From the NCBI GenBank assembly GCA_964035575.1, contig OZ037841.1:682001-746000 (forward strand): 64,000 nt of DNA, given 5' to 3'. The DNA comes from Rhynchopus sp. YZ270_cl-10 (lineage: Eukaryota). Shown here piece by piece: positions 1 to 11,406 of the stretch. Under the pieces are notes generated by a model. That model did not search any database, was not told the origin of the DNA, and saw only the letters and a list, made by a program, of their open reading frames with translations. Position numbers and translations under genes: made by a program. Position 1 is the first letter of the stretch. Each line of letters starts with the position of its first letter.

Positions 1-1101
1 TTTTTCTGTCCAGGTTGAGGGGGGGAGGGTGAGGTGCAGCTCTGGGCAACGGAGAGCGGGGCCTCCCCTCGCCCCTCAAAAAAAAGAGAGAAAAAAGCGA
101 AAGTTGAAGATGCAAACGCTTCTGCGGATGGATACCCGCAAAAAGAAAATGCACAAAAAAAAAAATTGTCGGATTATGCCAGGGTTCCTACGTGAGAGCG
201 AGAACATGAAATTCTGGATTTTGCTTTTTTTTTCTCCTTTTTCCTGAGGTGGTTTTTTTATGATTTCTAGTGGGTTTCACTGTAGGACACACCACCAGTG
301 TGGTGAAATGGCCGAAATATAACACGGTTGCCACGAGGAGTTCCATTTAGCATTGTGAGCAATTCACTAGTGTGACCAAAATTTGTATCAATCAAGAATT
401 TGTCTCTTTTCCCGAAAATGACCCCACTACAGTGACGGTAGAGCTCGGAAAACCCGAAAAAAGGCAAAAAAAAAAACCCCCACCAAAAAAAAAGGAAAAA
501 AAGGAGAACCTAAAATTTGTAAATCCAGAATTTTGCTGTTTTTTTTCCGAGAACAAGGGGCTACCCTGGGTTGTGGGGAAGACCAGCAAACCTTGTCACC
601 CTTTCTAAACACACCAAGATGTGGCTTGTCAGAGCAAAGGTGATTCAGGTTTTGCTTTTTTTTTTAAAGATGATGAAACACGGCAAAAAAAAAACGTAGT
701 GTAGCCAGGTTTCCCTGTAGGGGGTCATATGCGAACAACTGAACCTCACCCTCTCGTGCTGAGTCACCTTTGGAGAAAGAAGTTATGAGTTTATAAGATG
801 AAACCCAAGCTTCATTTTAGTCACCTTTGATCACGAGAAAAGTAGTTGAAACGTGCGAAAACGCATCTCAGTCGAGTTCATGACACGAGAAAATAACCGT
901 AACAAGCCATTTTTCTCATCGTCCCCCCTGACTCCCCTCTGTGGGTCGACCCTTTCGGGCCTTTGGGGATCCAAAGTGTTTCGCTGAAAGCTTGGGTAGT
1001 ATTGTAGCGCACATCCCATGAGAGGGGATGTGATTTTCGCTGCAGCCGTCTTTTCTTTTCGTTCCGAAGGATTTAAAGCTACAACTTTTTTTAAATATTA
1101 T

Positions 1102-2097
1102 GGGTGGCACAACTTTTTTTTTTGTTTCCCGCTCGCTGACTCTGGGAAAAAAATGCGCGCGCGCGCAAAAAAAAAGTTTTTAAAAAAGTTTTGCCTGAAA
1201 AAAAGTTGTGGGAACAGGGTGATCCCGTGGGCTTTTTATATAAAATCGCCTCAGGGGCCCAAAAATGGGTGACCCAAAACACAGTTTTTTAGCATTTCCG
1301 GAATCCGTCCAGAAAGTGGTGGGGTCAATTTCGAAAATTGGACAATTTTTTGACCACTTAAATTTTTGAAAATGTGAGCCCGGTCACTACTACGTGGGTC
1401 CCAGTTTTGGCCAAAACATGCTGCTCAAAAAAGATCGGGTCTTTTGTTTGTGCGCTCAAAGCCGGGAAAACAAAAAGGTGAAAAAATGTGTTAAACTGAA
1501 GTACGGTTGTTGTGGTTAATTGAGTACTCAAAGAAAACAAACAAGCTTCTGTTTTTTTTCAATCCGTTTTGTTTGCCCTGCAGCGCTGCCTCCAATCTTT
1601 TTAGAATTGACAACAAGTTGTTTTATCAAAAAAATTTTCCCCTGAAAATTTTTCAGCCCCAAAACATGCCGCCATTGGCATTTCCGGAATCTGTCCGCAC
1701 TGTGGTGGGGTCAATTTGCCGAAATGGCCAAGTTCTCGGTTTTGGTCAAAAATGAGTGTGAGGTAAAGGGGCCAAGGTAAATCCCACAACTCAGATTTTC
1801 TCTCCCTGATGCTGAAACCATGAAAATGCGCGAAAGCACCGGCATTTGCATTTCCGGAATCCGCCCGTTGTGTGGTGGGGTCAATTTGCCGAAATGGAGG
1901 AGTTTTTATAAATTTTGGTCAAAATCGTGTACAACCCGGTGAAGAAAAAATATTTTCACTAAAAAAAAACCCCCAAATGTCCACCAGTACTCAGTACCCA
2001 GTACTGAAACTTTTTTTCCACCAAACTTTTTTTTTTTTGAATCTCGAAAAAAAAATGCGCGCGCGAGCGGGAAACAAAAAAAAAAGTTGTGCCACCC
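1102..2097. mobile_element. ~1 kb non-autonomous DNA transposon (MITE-like)
   Basis: 35-bp terminal inverted repeats GGGTGGCACAAC(T)nGTTTCCCGCTCGC at 1102-1136 and 2063-2097; three internal copies of GCATTTCCGGAATC..GTGGTGGGGTCAATTT (~1292, 1678, 1848); no coding capacity; TSD unclear. Confidence 0.75.
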
Positions 2098-2507
2098 TAA
2101 TGAGCCATTAGGTATTGAGTGTCCATTACCTATTCGCGCCCCCATCCTCGCTTCTGGCAGAGAGAGAAAAGAGCAAAAGAGAGATATCTCTGTAGATGCA
2201 CAGAAGTGTGTGGGGAGAGGGGGGCGCTCGTAGAGTAAAGACAAAGGGTCATAGACTTTCCAGCCACCTGGCGTGGCATTTTGCTTATAAGGAATGATCA
2301 CTATAAAAAGATAGTGGTAAGATGTGACTAGGCCAAGAGAGGCTTAGTACCAGACGCCTTTTTGAATGGATTAAAAATAAAAATGCATCAAAAGGCAGGG
2401 GAAAGGTGTATACAGTATTTGAGAGGGAACGTTCTCGTGCACATCAATCTTCATTTATTTTTTGCGGAAAATACAGGTGAAGGTTGATAAATAATAATAA
2501 CAATGTA

Positions 2508-2638
2508 TGGTGTGATCACCAAACGGATTCTCCGTGGTTCCCCCGAAGGTGCTCCGCAAATCTTAATATAGCCCGAAACAGTTCTCCGTGGTTCGTGGTT
2601 TCTCCCGTGGGTTGTCCGTACCCCCTGAAATCACACCA
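2508..2638. mobile_element. ~130-bp element with 9-bp TIR, copy 1
   Basis: TGGTGTGAT...ATCACACCA ends; near-identical copy at 12591-12724 with different flanks. Confidence 0.7.
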
Positions 2639-3879
2639 ATGCAGACGTCTCTAGGATGCATACGAGAAAAATAAAACATAGCGAGTTAGCTACCGATGCT
2701 TACTGCGTAGTCAGCGTCACGCCTACCTCGGTAGGTTACAGTGGGGGGGGAAAAAAGTAATATAGCGAGTCAAGGTAATACAGGCGTAGAAAAACCTTGT
2801 AAGGGCAGTAAAAAACGAAAAAAAAAACAAAAACGGGGCAGGTTCAAAAAGGCAAAAAAGTGGGTAAACAAGGGTGCCAAAAGGGGGGAACTTTAAAGAT
2901 GAACGTGCCTCCGCGCACGTATGCCCTAAAAAAAAGGGTGGGGTTTGGAGATTTGAATGTTGTCAATTGTTCAAGGTAGTGGAAGCAAAAAAAACAAAAC
3001 AAAAAAACAAAAACAAAAAAAAAAAATAGTTGAGTCGTAGACCCTGCCACTGCTTCTAATTTGAAAGAGAAGCAAGAAAAGTTGGTAAAGATGGACCTAA
3101 GCTTCTCTCTGTGCTTGGCTACCTGATCATCGTTATGAAATGCAAAACCCTCTCGTGACAGTGCCTTACACAATGCAGGTCGAGGCCAGCCCCAAAGGGT
3201 GGGTTAAGATGTAACAAACGAGTTGAGACACAATTGCGGTTTGACCACACAGCACCTCTTTGTTGATGATTTGCATCCGCCCCACAACGGAGACAAGCTT
3301 GAACATCCCAGAACCTCGCCACAGAGGGAGAGGAGTTGAAAGCGCAGAAACGCCACACCGGCGGACGCAGGGACACCGGTTCTGTTCTCCGCGGGGTTAT
3401 CGAACCCCAAAAGCACTTCATTGGTAGAGACATAGAAAGGGGGGGAAGGCTGGGTTTTAAAAGGACATTCTCTCCGACCTCTTACCCGCGAGGGGGTGCA
3501 GGTTTAGGTATTTTCTGGTGGTATTAAAAGGTTAGCCTTAGGGCCCGCATCTCCCTCTGTAATTTTAAACGGCGTGGAAAAGATAGTTGTAATTTTTTTT
3601 TTTTGAAAGAAAAGATGGACGCATCAGCAGAGAGGGGGGGGAAGATTTTTAGAAGCAAAAGAAATAAATTTCTCTTTTAAATTTTAGTTTAAACAACAGT
3701 GCACTCCGTATCCAAAACAGGGGGGGATGTCTGGGGGACAAAAAAACAGGGTTCTGTATTGAGAGAGAGGGGAGAAGAGAAGAAGTGTTGATAGTGCAAA
3801 ACGCCTCTGGGACGCAAGCACCTGACACTCCGTGGGGTTATCGGAACTGAAAAAAAAATCAGGGGGGGGGGGGGGGTTA

Positions 3880-5066
3880 GGGGATACGACTCCAGCCATT
3901 TTGGCTGGGACCAAACGCACGGAAAATTCATTTGGCATTATCTGGCCATCTCCAAGGCAACTGCGGGTGAAAAACACCCTCAGAGTGGGTCACAGGGGGC
4001 CTGTGGGTCGAAAAACGACCCAGAAGCCACCCCAGAATACAAAAAAATGGAAAAAAATAGTGAAAAACGGCTTTTTTCACGTTTTGGCCACTTTGGGCAA
4101 AATAGCGATTTTTCGAGAAAAAAATCAAAAACCGGGATATTTTTTGACATCACAAAGCCTCCTTTGGCACAAATATACCCCAAAAGTGGCCTGTGAGTCC
4201 ATTCCAACCTGTTTTGGACATATTTGACACTTTTGGAAGTGTTTTTTTGGTGTTTTTAGGTCAAAAAAATGCCCAAGACGTCCCCAAGACATCCCCAAGA
4301 CACTTTGCACACCCCCTGTTACGGTCATATTTTTTTCGTTTTTTTGCCTGAAACCCCCAAAATACCCCTCCCGGACCCCACATAGTCCCGAATATCCATC
4401 ACACACCCACTCAGAGTGAGTAGAAGCACCCCAAAAAAAATATTTTTTAAAGCCCTTCAACTTCAACATGGATGCTGCCGAAACTGAAGCACAATTTTAG
4501 GGCTTTAAAAAATATTTTTTTTGGGGTGCTTCTACTCACTCTGAGTGGGTGTGTGATGGATATTCGGGACTATGTGGGGTCCGGGAGGGGTATTTTGGGG
4601 GTTTCAGGCAAAAAAACGAAAAAAATATGACCGTAACAGGGGGTGTGCAAAGTGTCTTGGGGATGTCTTGGGGACGTCTTGGGCATTTTTTTGACCTAAA
4701 AACACCAAAAAAACACTTCCAAAAGTGTCAAATATGTCCAAAACAGGTTGGAATGGACTCACAGGCCACTTTTGGGGTATATTTGTGCCAAAGGAGGCTT
4801 TGTGATGTCAAAAAATATCCCGGTTTTTGATTTTTTTCTCGAAAAATCGCTATTTTGCCCAAAGTGGCCAAAACGTGAAAAAAGCCGTTTTTTCACTATT
4901 TTTTTCCATTTTTTTGTATTCTGGGGTGGCTTCTGGGTCGTTTTTCGACCCACAGGCCCCCTGTGACCCACTCTGAGGGTGTTTTTCACCCGCAGTTGCC
5001 TTGGAGATGACCAGATAATGCCAAATGAATTTTCCGTGCGCAAAAAATGGCTGGAGTCGTACCCCC
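3880..5066. mobile_element. Foldback element / long-TIR MITE
   Basis: Near-perfect inverted arms 3880-4456 and 4499-5066 (~570 bp) around a 42-bp spacer; ends GGGG(A/G)TACGAC; TA on both sides (3878-79, 5067-68) within a G-run. Confidence 0.9.
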
Positions 5067-6119
5067 TAGGGGGGGGGGGGGGGGGGGGGGGGGGTGTGTG
5101 AAAAGTTGGTAAGATGAACCTAAGTCTGGCTTAGTTACTGTGGAATGGGGTGGAAAAAGAGAAAATTTGAAAGGTGAATACACCTCGCTCGCACACAAAA
5201 TAAAAAAAGGGGGGAACAAATCGGGACAAGCAGCCCCGAGACATTCCTGGAGCAGGGGGAAAAACTTGACATATGAATGGAAACACCATCAGGGAAATAG
5301 CTTGGGTACTTTTACTGGTTTCAAAACCAGAACGAGCTGGTTTACTGGTTTGGGGAAAAAAAAAAAAAAAAAGTGGGATTCGGGATTCAGTTTTTCGCCT
5401 CCCCCGCACCACTTTCCCACTCACAGAAGAAAGCCTCACACGTAAGCGAACCCCTAAAAAGGGTTCATTGAGTGACTCTGTGGTGTAAAAAGCTGCATGT
5501 TTTGCACTATACCCAAATTTCTTTCGCCTGCGGCGCCACTTTATATTATTTTTTTGCTCCGCAAAAAAATAGAGTTTACAATGTCTTAGGGAACCCCCTT
5601 GCATTTTGCAGCCACAAATGCAACTTGACCAAAGCTGCAAAAAGTTGGTTGCAACAGCCCCTGCTTCTGGAAGACGTATTGACTTTGTACGGTTAGTGGA
5701 ACGTAAGGTGCAAGACCAAGCTCCGTTAACACAGGATTATATTCCATTTTCTTTGTTGTCTCGCAAAATTTACCCTTTGCCTCTCCACTCTGTGGTTGGC
5801 AGGGAGGCGCGGGCGAAGCGCGCGACGACCGCTTTCAACCGGGGAAATTTTTTTTCTAAACCAGCAAACCAGCAACATTCGAAAAGTGCACCTTTCAAGC
5901 TACTACCCTGAACACCATGCTTGGTCACACAAAAAAAAAAAAAGCACACCATCAAAATAACCACTTTGTAAGATGAATTCACCGCACCATCTTTTTCTAA
6001 TAAAGCAGTAAACATAAGAGGAGAGCCAATATTAATATTGAAACATTTTTTTTTGGGCTGTACTCCTCTCCTCCTTCGCAACACTTTTTTTGTTTCAAAA
6101 AGAAGAAAAAAAAATAGAA

Positions 6120-9100
6120 TCAAAACAGAACCCGCAAGCCGTTGGGAGAGGTTGGAACAATCCCTTTTGTTTTTGGTGTGGTTGACATCACATCTGCGGT
6201 TAGTGACGTGCTTGAACGACGCGGGGAGAGGTTCGTGGTGCCTGCACGCGAGCGTGCGGAGCGGCGCCTGTCACTTGCGCTTGGGCTGTACACATGACTG
6301 CCTAGGGAGTCCATAGAGCTGGCGACGCATGCCAACGAGAGAGGTGGGTTGTTTCCGAACGACAGCGACCTTACTCGACTACTGCGAGTCACCCAGGCAT
6401 TGCCGACGTTCTGGTCACGCCCCGATAGCGACGTCGACGACGACTTCGGTGTGAAGATCTCTGTCGACAGAGGCCTCTCTTTCGGCGTCTCTACCGGCGT
6501 CAGTGGCGTAAGGGAAGTGGCCATAGGCAGTGTGCTGTTGAACGCAGCACCCAGCTCCTCATCCGCTTCATAGTCGTAGAAGGAAGGAAGCTGGTTTATT
6601 TGGGACTGCCTTTTGTAGAAATCCTTCTGTGCTTGGTCACGTCGTCTTGTGATAAGGACGTATACTTCTGTTAAAAAGTCGAGCAACATTTTGATCAGCA
6701 GAATCGCGCCCGCAGCGACCAGCAAGGTGGTGCCAAAGGTGTAGTGCCAGCCGAGGGTGTTGTCTTCGTAGTGTGCCAGTGTGTGGAACGCCATGGCGGC
6801 GACCTGCATGGCGGTGCTGATGGAGAGCAGCACGGTGTCGCGCATTCTGGCGGAAGGACGAAGAAACATCTCAAGCAGCATCACAACAAGGATGACTGCC
6901 CCCTGTGCGCTCTTCATGTAGGCACACCCAAGCTGCGACTCAGGGCGCGTGGACTGGATCGCAGACAGCGCCAAAGAGGCGCACAGCTCGAGACACGAAA
7001 ACCACGCACACCCCTTCCTGTACGGCAGCAGCATGCAGATGTACCGCTGGCTCCACATGTACTTCCTCCCGGTGTTGACCCACTCCCCAGGCCCTAGGAC
7101 GAACTCTATTGGGTATGCACGCTTCTGCACCAGATGGTATGTTGCCCTCTTAGGGACGTTCCGGTGCATCAATTTGAACAGCATGTACGGCAACATTAAA
7201 CCCATGCAGGTCACAATGATGCCGACGAGGACGTGGACTGGTGATCTCGCGATGATGAGAATCCGCATTGCGCCGAGCGTGGTGCCTTGGTAGACAACGA
7301 AGAAGACGAAGATCGGTGCGGAGGGCACTCTGAGAAAGCCTTGCACGTCGAGGCCGTCAAAGAAGGTAGGGAAGATGCGAGGGCCCAGTATCTTCGCGAG
7401 CTGCATGGCGGCAAGGCAGATGAGGGTAGCGCCCAGGACAATCGCAAGGTTCCCCACAACAGCACCCATAGCCTCGCTGTCGTCAACAACAAGCCCTGTA
7501 GGGTTCATGATGCGCGACAGCCGGGTCGACTGCGTGCCCACCTCACACCGTGCGCTCATCAACCCAAGCCGCACCGCACCCGGTGCCCCAGCCCCAGCCA
7601 ACGCCCCCACACTCGCGACACCCGCCAGCACAACCCCACTCTCCGCAAGCTTCTCAGCCCCAGGGCTAATAGGCGACTGCGTCACCTCAAGGTCTGCACC
7701 AACAACACCCGGCTCCGGCTCCACCCAAGGCACAATCGTGGCGGGTGTCAAGGATTCAGGCAACGGTGCAGGGGTTGGTCCTGTTGTGGCACTAGGTAAG
7801 GCTGTCGGTGCTCCGGTGCCAACTGCCATACTCGGTGCTTCTGTGTCAGGAGGCGTCGGTGTGTTCGGTGCGGCGGTTGCGGCTGTGGTTGTGGGTTGTG
7901 TCTGCGGTGCGGCGGTCTGTGCAGCCGTCGGCAGTGGTGTAGCGAACCCTCCTGGTGCAGGTGTACCCGGCGGGGTGGGTGTGGCGAACCCTGCCGGTGT
8001 TGGCGAGGCAGGTGGCAGTGTCAGTGCAGGGGCTGCGGAAGGGGCTGTCGGGAGGGGTGTTGCTGGGAAGGGCGTCTCCGGTACTAGTGTTACCTGTGCC
8101 GGTGGTGCGGTCTGTGGTGGCTGTGTAGCTGTTGAGGCAGGCGGCAACGTAGCTGGCGTTGGTGTGCCTGGGGCAAGCGTTGTTGCAGGTGGCAGCGTCG
8201 CTGGCTGTGCTGTGAGCGGCAAGCCAGTAGCCGGCGCAGACGTCCATGGCGGAAACGTTTTCGGTGGTGAAGTGTCCGGCACAGCTGTCGGCAGCACTGG
8301 TGGGGTGAACGTGACTGGAGTCAACGTCGCTGGTGCTGGTGTCAATGGGCTCACTGTTGGTGGTGCGCTTGTTGGTGGTGCCGACGTTGGGGGCGCAGCA
8401 GTCAACGGAGCAGCCGTGAGCGGAGCAGATGTTAGGGGTGCTGGTGTTGGCGGGGACAGCGTCGGTGGTGCAATGGTAAGCGGTGGCGACGTTGGCGGGG
8501 CCACGGTTGGGGGCGCAACTGTTGGCGGTGCAACTGTCAGTGGCGCCGATGTCGGCGGGGACAGTGTCGGAGGCGCGTTGGTCAGCGGTGCGCTTGTTGG
8601 CGGTGCTGATGTTGGTGGTGCGCTTGTTGGTGGTGCAACTGTCGGTGGCGCCGATGTCGGCGGGGACAGTGTCGGAGGCGCGTTGGTCAGCGGTGCGCTT
8701 GTTGGCGGTGCTGATGTTGGTGGCGCTGCCGTTGGTGGTGCTGGTGTTGGCACAACCGTCGGCGGCGGCAGCGTCGCAGGTGCGGGGGTGGGTGGGGCTG
8801 GTGTGACGGCTGTGGCTGTCGGGTCGTCTACCTCCGCAACCAGCGTCGTTGTGCAGAGGTAGTCGTCCGCCCCACAGGCCATGTCGATCAGCCCTGGGCC
8901 CTCCTGGTACTCATAGCCTGCACAGAGCGCACCCTGCGGACGCACCCCTGCACTGTTGCCTGCTCCTGCATTTGTGTAGTACGACCCTCCAGACAGGTCG
9001 TGCGCAGCGTCGCCACACCACACCGTCGCCCCCGCAGGCAGCGCCACCCCACCAGCAGTCTCCCACTGCCCACCCACCTTCTTCAAATCGATCAGAAACT

Positions 9101-9902
9101 GCAGATCGATGTCCATTGTGCTGTAGAACACATCATCGGAACGCCCTGGGCGCAGCACCGCTGGGGTTGCACAGCTGGCCTTCAACTCCAAACACTTTCC
9201 GTTGTAAAACCCATCCACACACGGGTACGCGAGACCGGTGTAATACTTTACATCAAACATGCCTCCGGACAGCATCATATGGTTTGCTATGGCAGGGAAC
9301 CCTGCACACATGAACGAGAATGTGTCAGATGAGGACATCGACCCGGGAATTGAAAGCGAGGCTGTGAACCCTGCACTCTGAGCATGCAAGGTGCCCCCCT
9401 TCGCATACACGAGGCCACTGTTCCAGACCCCAAGGGTGTTGAAGGAGGACAGCTTCATGTCGACCTTGAACTCACTCCCAGTGTTTGTTTCGATACCAAG
9501 GCTTTGCGTCTCACTGTCAAGCATCTCGACGAACACCCTCAGGTACTTCGCACCGGTCCCCCAGGAAACAAGGGTTTGCCGTTTGCCATAGTCTTTCACC
9601 TCAATTCGGTAAAAGAAGGTGATAATGGGGTCATTGCTGAGGAGCATGCTCGGGTTGCTGAATGAAAGGCAGGAGGCGGAGCTGGGGGACGCTGCCTGTA
9701 TGTCGGTTCCCAGGTAGCTGTCGTATCCGGTGGTGAAGGTCCCGAGTGTCATATGGTTCCCTTTCCCAGAGAGGTCCTCGCCCACAGTGGACGAGGCTGC
9801 CCATCTCGCAGTCAGCTCCAGCTGCGCGTCACACCGTAACACTGCAACACACCAAATAGAGACCGAAAGCCACACATGAAAAATAGTCCCCTTACGTTTC
9901 AT
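6120..9902 (-). CDS. Adhesion-receptor-like membrane protein: signal peptide, LamG/concanavalin-like and C-type-lectin-like region, Pro/Thr (PPTxA) stalk, ~7 TM helices, Ser-rich tail (~1260 aa)
   Basis: ORF 6120-10184; best start is ATG 9902 (MKRKGTIFHVWLSVSIWCVAVLRCDA, signal-peptide-like) 2 nt after a polypyrimidine/AG site. Seven hydrophobic segments; C-terminal half clearly paralogous to 13773-17213 (SRxMNPTGLVV, FxRxPSAPxFxFxxxYQGTTLGAMR, LGPGEWVNT). Domain names are by-eye inference. Confidence 0.85.
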   Translation of the reverse strand: MKRKGTIFHVWLSVSIWCVAVLRCDAQLELTARWAASSTVGEDLSGKGNHMTLGTFTTGYDSYLGTDIQAASPSSASCLSFSNPSMLLSNDPIITFFYRIEVKDYGKRQTLVSWGTGAKYLRVFVEMLDSETQSLGIETNTGSEFKVDMKLSSFNTLGVWNSGLVYAKGGTLHAQSAGFTASLSIPGSMSSSDTFSFMCAGFPAIANHMMLSGGMFDVKYYTGLAYPCVDGFYNGKCLELKASCATPAVLRPGRSDDVFYSTMDIDLQFLIDLKKVGGQWETAGGVALPAGATVWCGDAAHDLSGGSYYTNAGAGNSAGVRPQGALCAGYEYQEGPGLIDMACGADDYLCTTTLVAEVDDPTATAVTPAPPTPAPATLPPPTVVPTPAPPTAAPPTSAPPTSAPLTNAPPTLSPPTSAPPTVAPPTSAPPTSAPPTSAPLTNAPPTLSPPTSAPLTVAPPTVAPPTVAPPTSPPLTIAPPTLSPPTPAPLTSAPLTAAPLTAAPPTSAPPTSAPPTVSPLTPAPATLTPVTFTPPVLPTAVPDTSPPKTFPPWTSAPATGLPLTAQPATLPPATTLAPGTPTPATLPPASTATQPPQTAPPAQVTLVPETPFPATPLPTAPSAAPALTLPPASPTPAGFATPTPPGTPAPGGFATPLPTAAQTAAPQTQPTTTAATAAPNTPTPPDTEAPSMAVGTGAPTALPSATTGPTPAPLPESLTPATIVPWVEPEPGVVGADLEVTQSPISPGAEKLAESGVVLAGVASVGALAGAGAPGAVRLGLMSARCEVGTQSTRLSRIMNPTGLVVDDSEAMGAVVGNLAIVLGATLICLAAMQLAKILGPRIFPTFFDGLDVQGFLRVPSAPIFVFFVVYQGTTLGAMRILIIARSPVHVLVGIIVTCMGLMLPYMLFKLMHRNVPKRATYHLVQKRAYPIEFVLGPGEWVNTGRKYMWSQRYICMLLPYRKGCAWFSCLELCASLALSAIQSTRPESQLGCAYMKSAQGAVILVVMLLEMFLRPSARMRDTVLLSISTAMQVAAMAFHTLAHYEDNTLGWHYTFGTTLLVAAGAILLIKMLLDFLTEVYVLITRRRDQAQKDFYKRQSQINQLPSFYDYEADEELGAAFNSTLPMATSLTPLTPVETPKERPLSTEIFTPKSSSTSLSGRDQNVGNAWVTRSSRVRSLSFGNNPPLSLACVASSMDSLGSHVYSPSASDRRRSARSRAGTTNLSPRRSSTSLTADVMSTTPKTKGIVPTSPNGLRVLF

Positions 9903-9904
9903 TC

Positions 9905-9990
9905 CTTGGGTGTGTGTTGTGTGGTGTGGGGGTGAGTGAAGAAGGTGGAGAAGGTGGAGAAGGAAAGAAGGGGGAGGGAAATGCGTTTTT
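9905..9990 (-). promoter_or_regulatory. Putative splice (trans-splice) acceptor with polypyrimidine tract
   Basis: C/T-rich tract then CAAG|GA ATG on the minus strand; an analogous CTCCAG acceptor at 17227-17228 precedes ATG 17213. Confidence 0.5.
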
Positions 9991-10958
9991 TGAAAGTTGG
10001 ATTTAGTGTAGCTCTTATTCGGTTTTCGCGATATTTTTTTGTTGTTGTGGCACAAAAAAAAAGAGGGATGAGTAGGGGAGGTAGGTTTGAGGTGGGGATG
10101 ATTTGAGAAATAAGTGAAAAATCTGAAAATAAATAAGGGGGTCAAATAATAATCTTGAAAGATGAATGCGTATCCCATCCACACATATCTTCAAGGGGAA
10201 ACAAAAACCCCTGGCTGAAAACTGAGGTGCTTATTCACATTCAGTACTGCCTTTTGGATTGGTTTTTCTTTCTTTTTTGAATAATTTTTGATTTTATTTT
10301 TTGAAAAATTGGGTCTATTAATGGCCATCTGAGAAGCTACATAAAACAAAACTATTCCTCCCCTTTTTTCCACTTCCCTGCACTCAAACTGAAGTTGTCA
10401 CTTGTAGACACTTCCGGAATGCAGGTATCAATGACCAAAGAAAGGGTCTGCAGACATACGAGCGAGTGATGCCAATTGATTTGAAAATATTCAAATATAC
10501 GGATATTTTCCTGCACTTAAACGCCCCGGGGGGGAAAAATGGGGTGTTTTCGAAAGCTGCGGAAGGTATAAAAAGACTTGGGTTTTCACACTTAAAAAGT
10601 CGAAATACATTTGTAATTTATATAAAGACTTGAGGGGAAACTGTGATCAAACAATTGGTGGACAACATATCTGTTGTTTTGGACAAAACAAGAGATATTT
10701 AAGGGATGTGTACAACACGTCAGATTTATGGTAGAGCATTTTTTTTTTTTCTTTGTAAAAAAGGGGGCCTGTTAGAGTAAGAAGAAAGAGCAGTTGAAAA
10801 TGTGCTAAAACGCATCTCAGTCGAGCTCAATCGTGGCTCAGTTCGTAAACGCGCACGTGCCATCCAATGCCATCGCTTTGGGGGAACGACTTGCCTTATG
10901 GCATCAGATGACTCCTTACGTAGTGGGGGGGCATCTACACGACGGTGATGTAACGGGT

Positions 10959-11170
10959 GTTACAAGTGGAGTTACAAGTGAGTTACATGTAACTCACTTG
11001 TAACCCACCAGTTACAACCTGATTTTGCCTGTAATTCATGTATCCCACTTGTAACTCACTTGTAACTCACTTGTAACTCACTTGTAACTCACTTGTAACT
11101 CACTTGTAACTCACTTGTAACTCACTTGTAACGGTTTTTCACTTGTAACGTTACAAGTAACTTCACTTGT
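10959..11170. repeat. 11-bp minisatellite (CACTTGTAACT)n with inverted copies
   Basis: About 8 head-to-tail units at 11046-11132; reverse-orientation GTTACAAGTG units at ~10959-10985 meeting at palindrome GTTACATGTAAC. Confidence 0.9.
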
Positions 11171-11198
11171 AATGTACTTACAAAAAAAAAAAGGAAAT

Positions 11199-11245
11199 AT
11201 TAGATTCATATACTTTCAGTTCACAGAATTAAAAGTATTTGAGAG
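11199..11245. repeat. ~47-bp dispersed repeat, second copy at ~12396-12441
   Basis: TTAGATTCATATACTTTCAGTT(C/T)ACAGAATT(A/G)AAAG(T/C)ATTTGAGA at both sites. Confidence 0.75.
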
Positions 11246-11406
11246 GGTCAGCGGAAGGAAATATTATAAGATGGTCCTTTGCCTCTCGTGCAGTCTTCTT
11301 GAGGAATAAATAAGTTGAAAATGCAAACGCCTCGCCGTTCGGCAGACGCTTTTTGTGGAGTGTGTAGGAACAAAAAAAAACATAAATGGTGTGGCTGACG
11401 ACCCCA

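Noticed and set aside
3380..3430. tRNA gene suggested by GGTTCGA T-arm
   Set aside because: No cloverleaf or clear A box; part of a dispersed repeat.
3874..3883. GGGTTAGGG telomere-like motif
   Set aside because: Single unit formed by a G-run plus the foldback's TA and TIR.
4125..5043. Mirror-image identical ORFs on both strands
   Set aside because: Artefact of the inverted repeat; no transposase motifs.
7375..8862. 495-aa plus-strand ORF (also 15565-16551)
   Set aside because: Antisense shadow of Pro/Thr repeat codons of the minus-strand genes.
9903..10184. N-terminal 94-aa extension of the 1354-aa ORF
   Set aside because: Translated polypyrimidine/low-complexity sequence from a GTG start; the signal peptide begins at ATG 9902.
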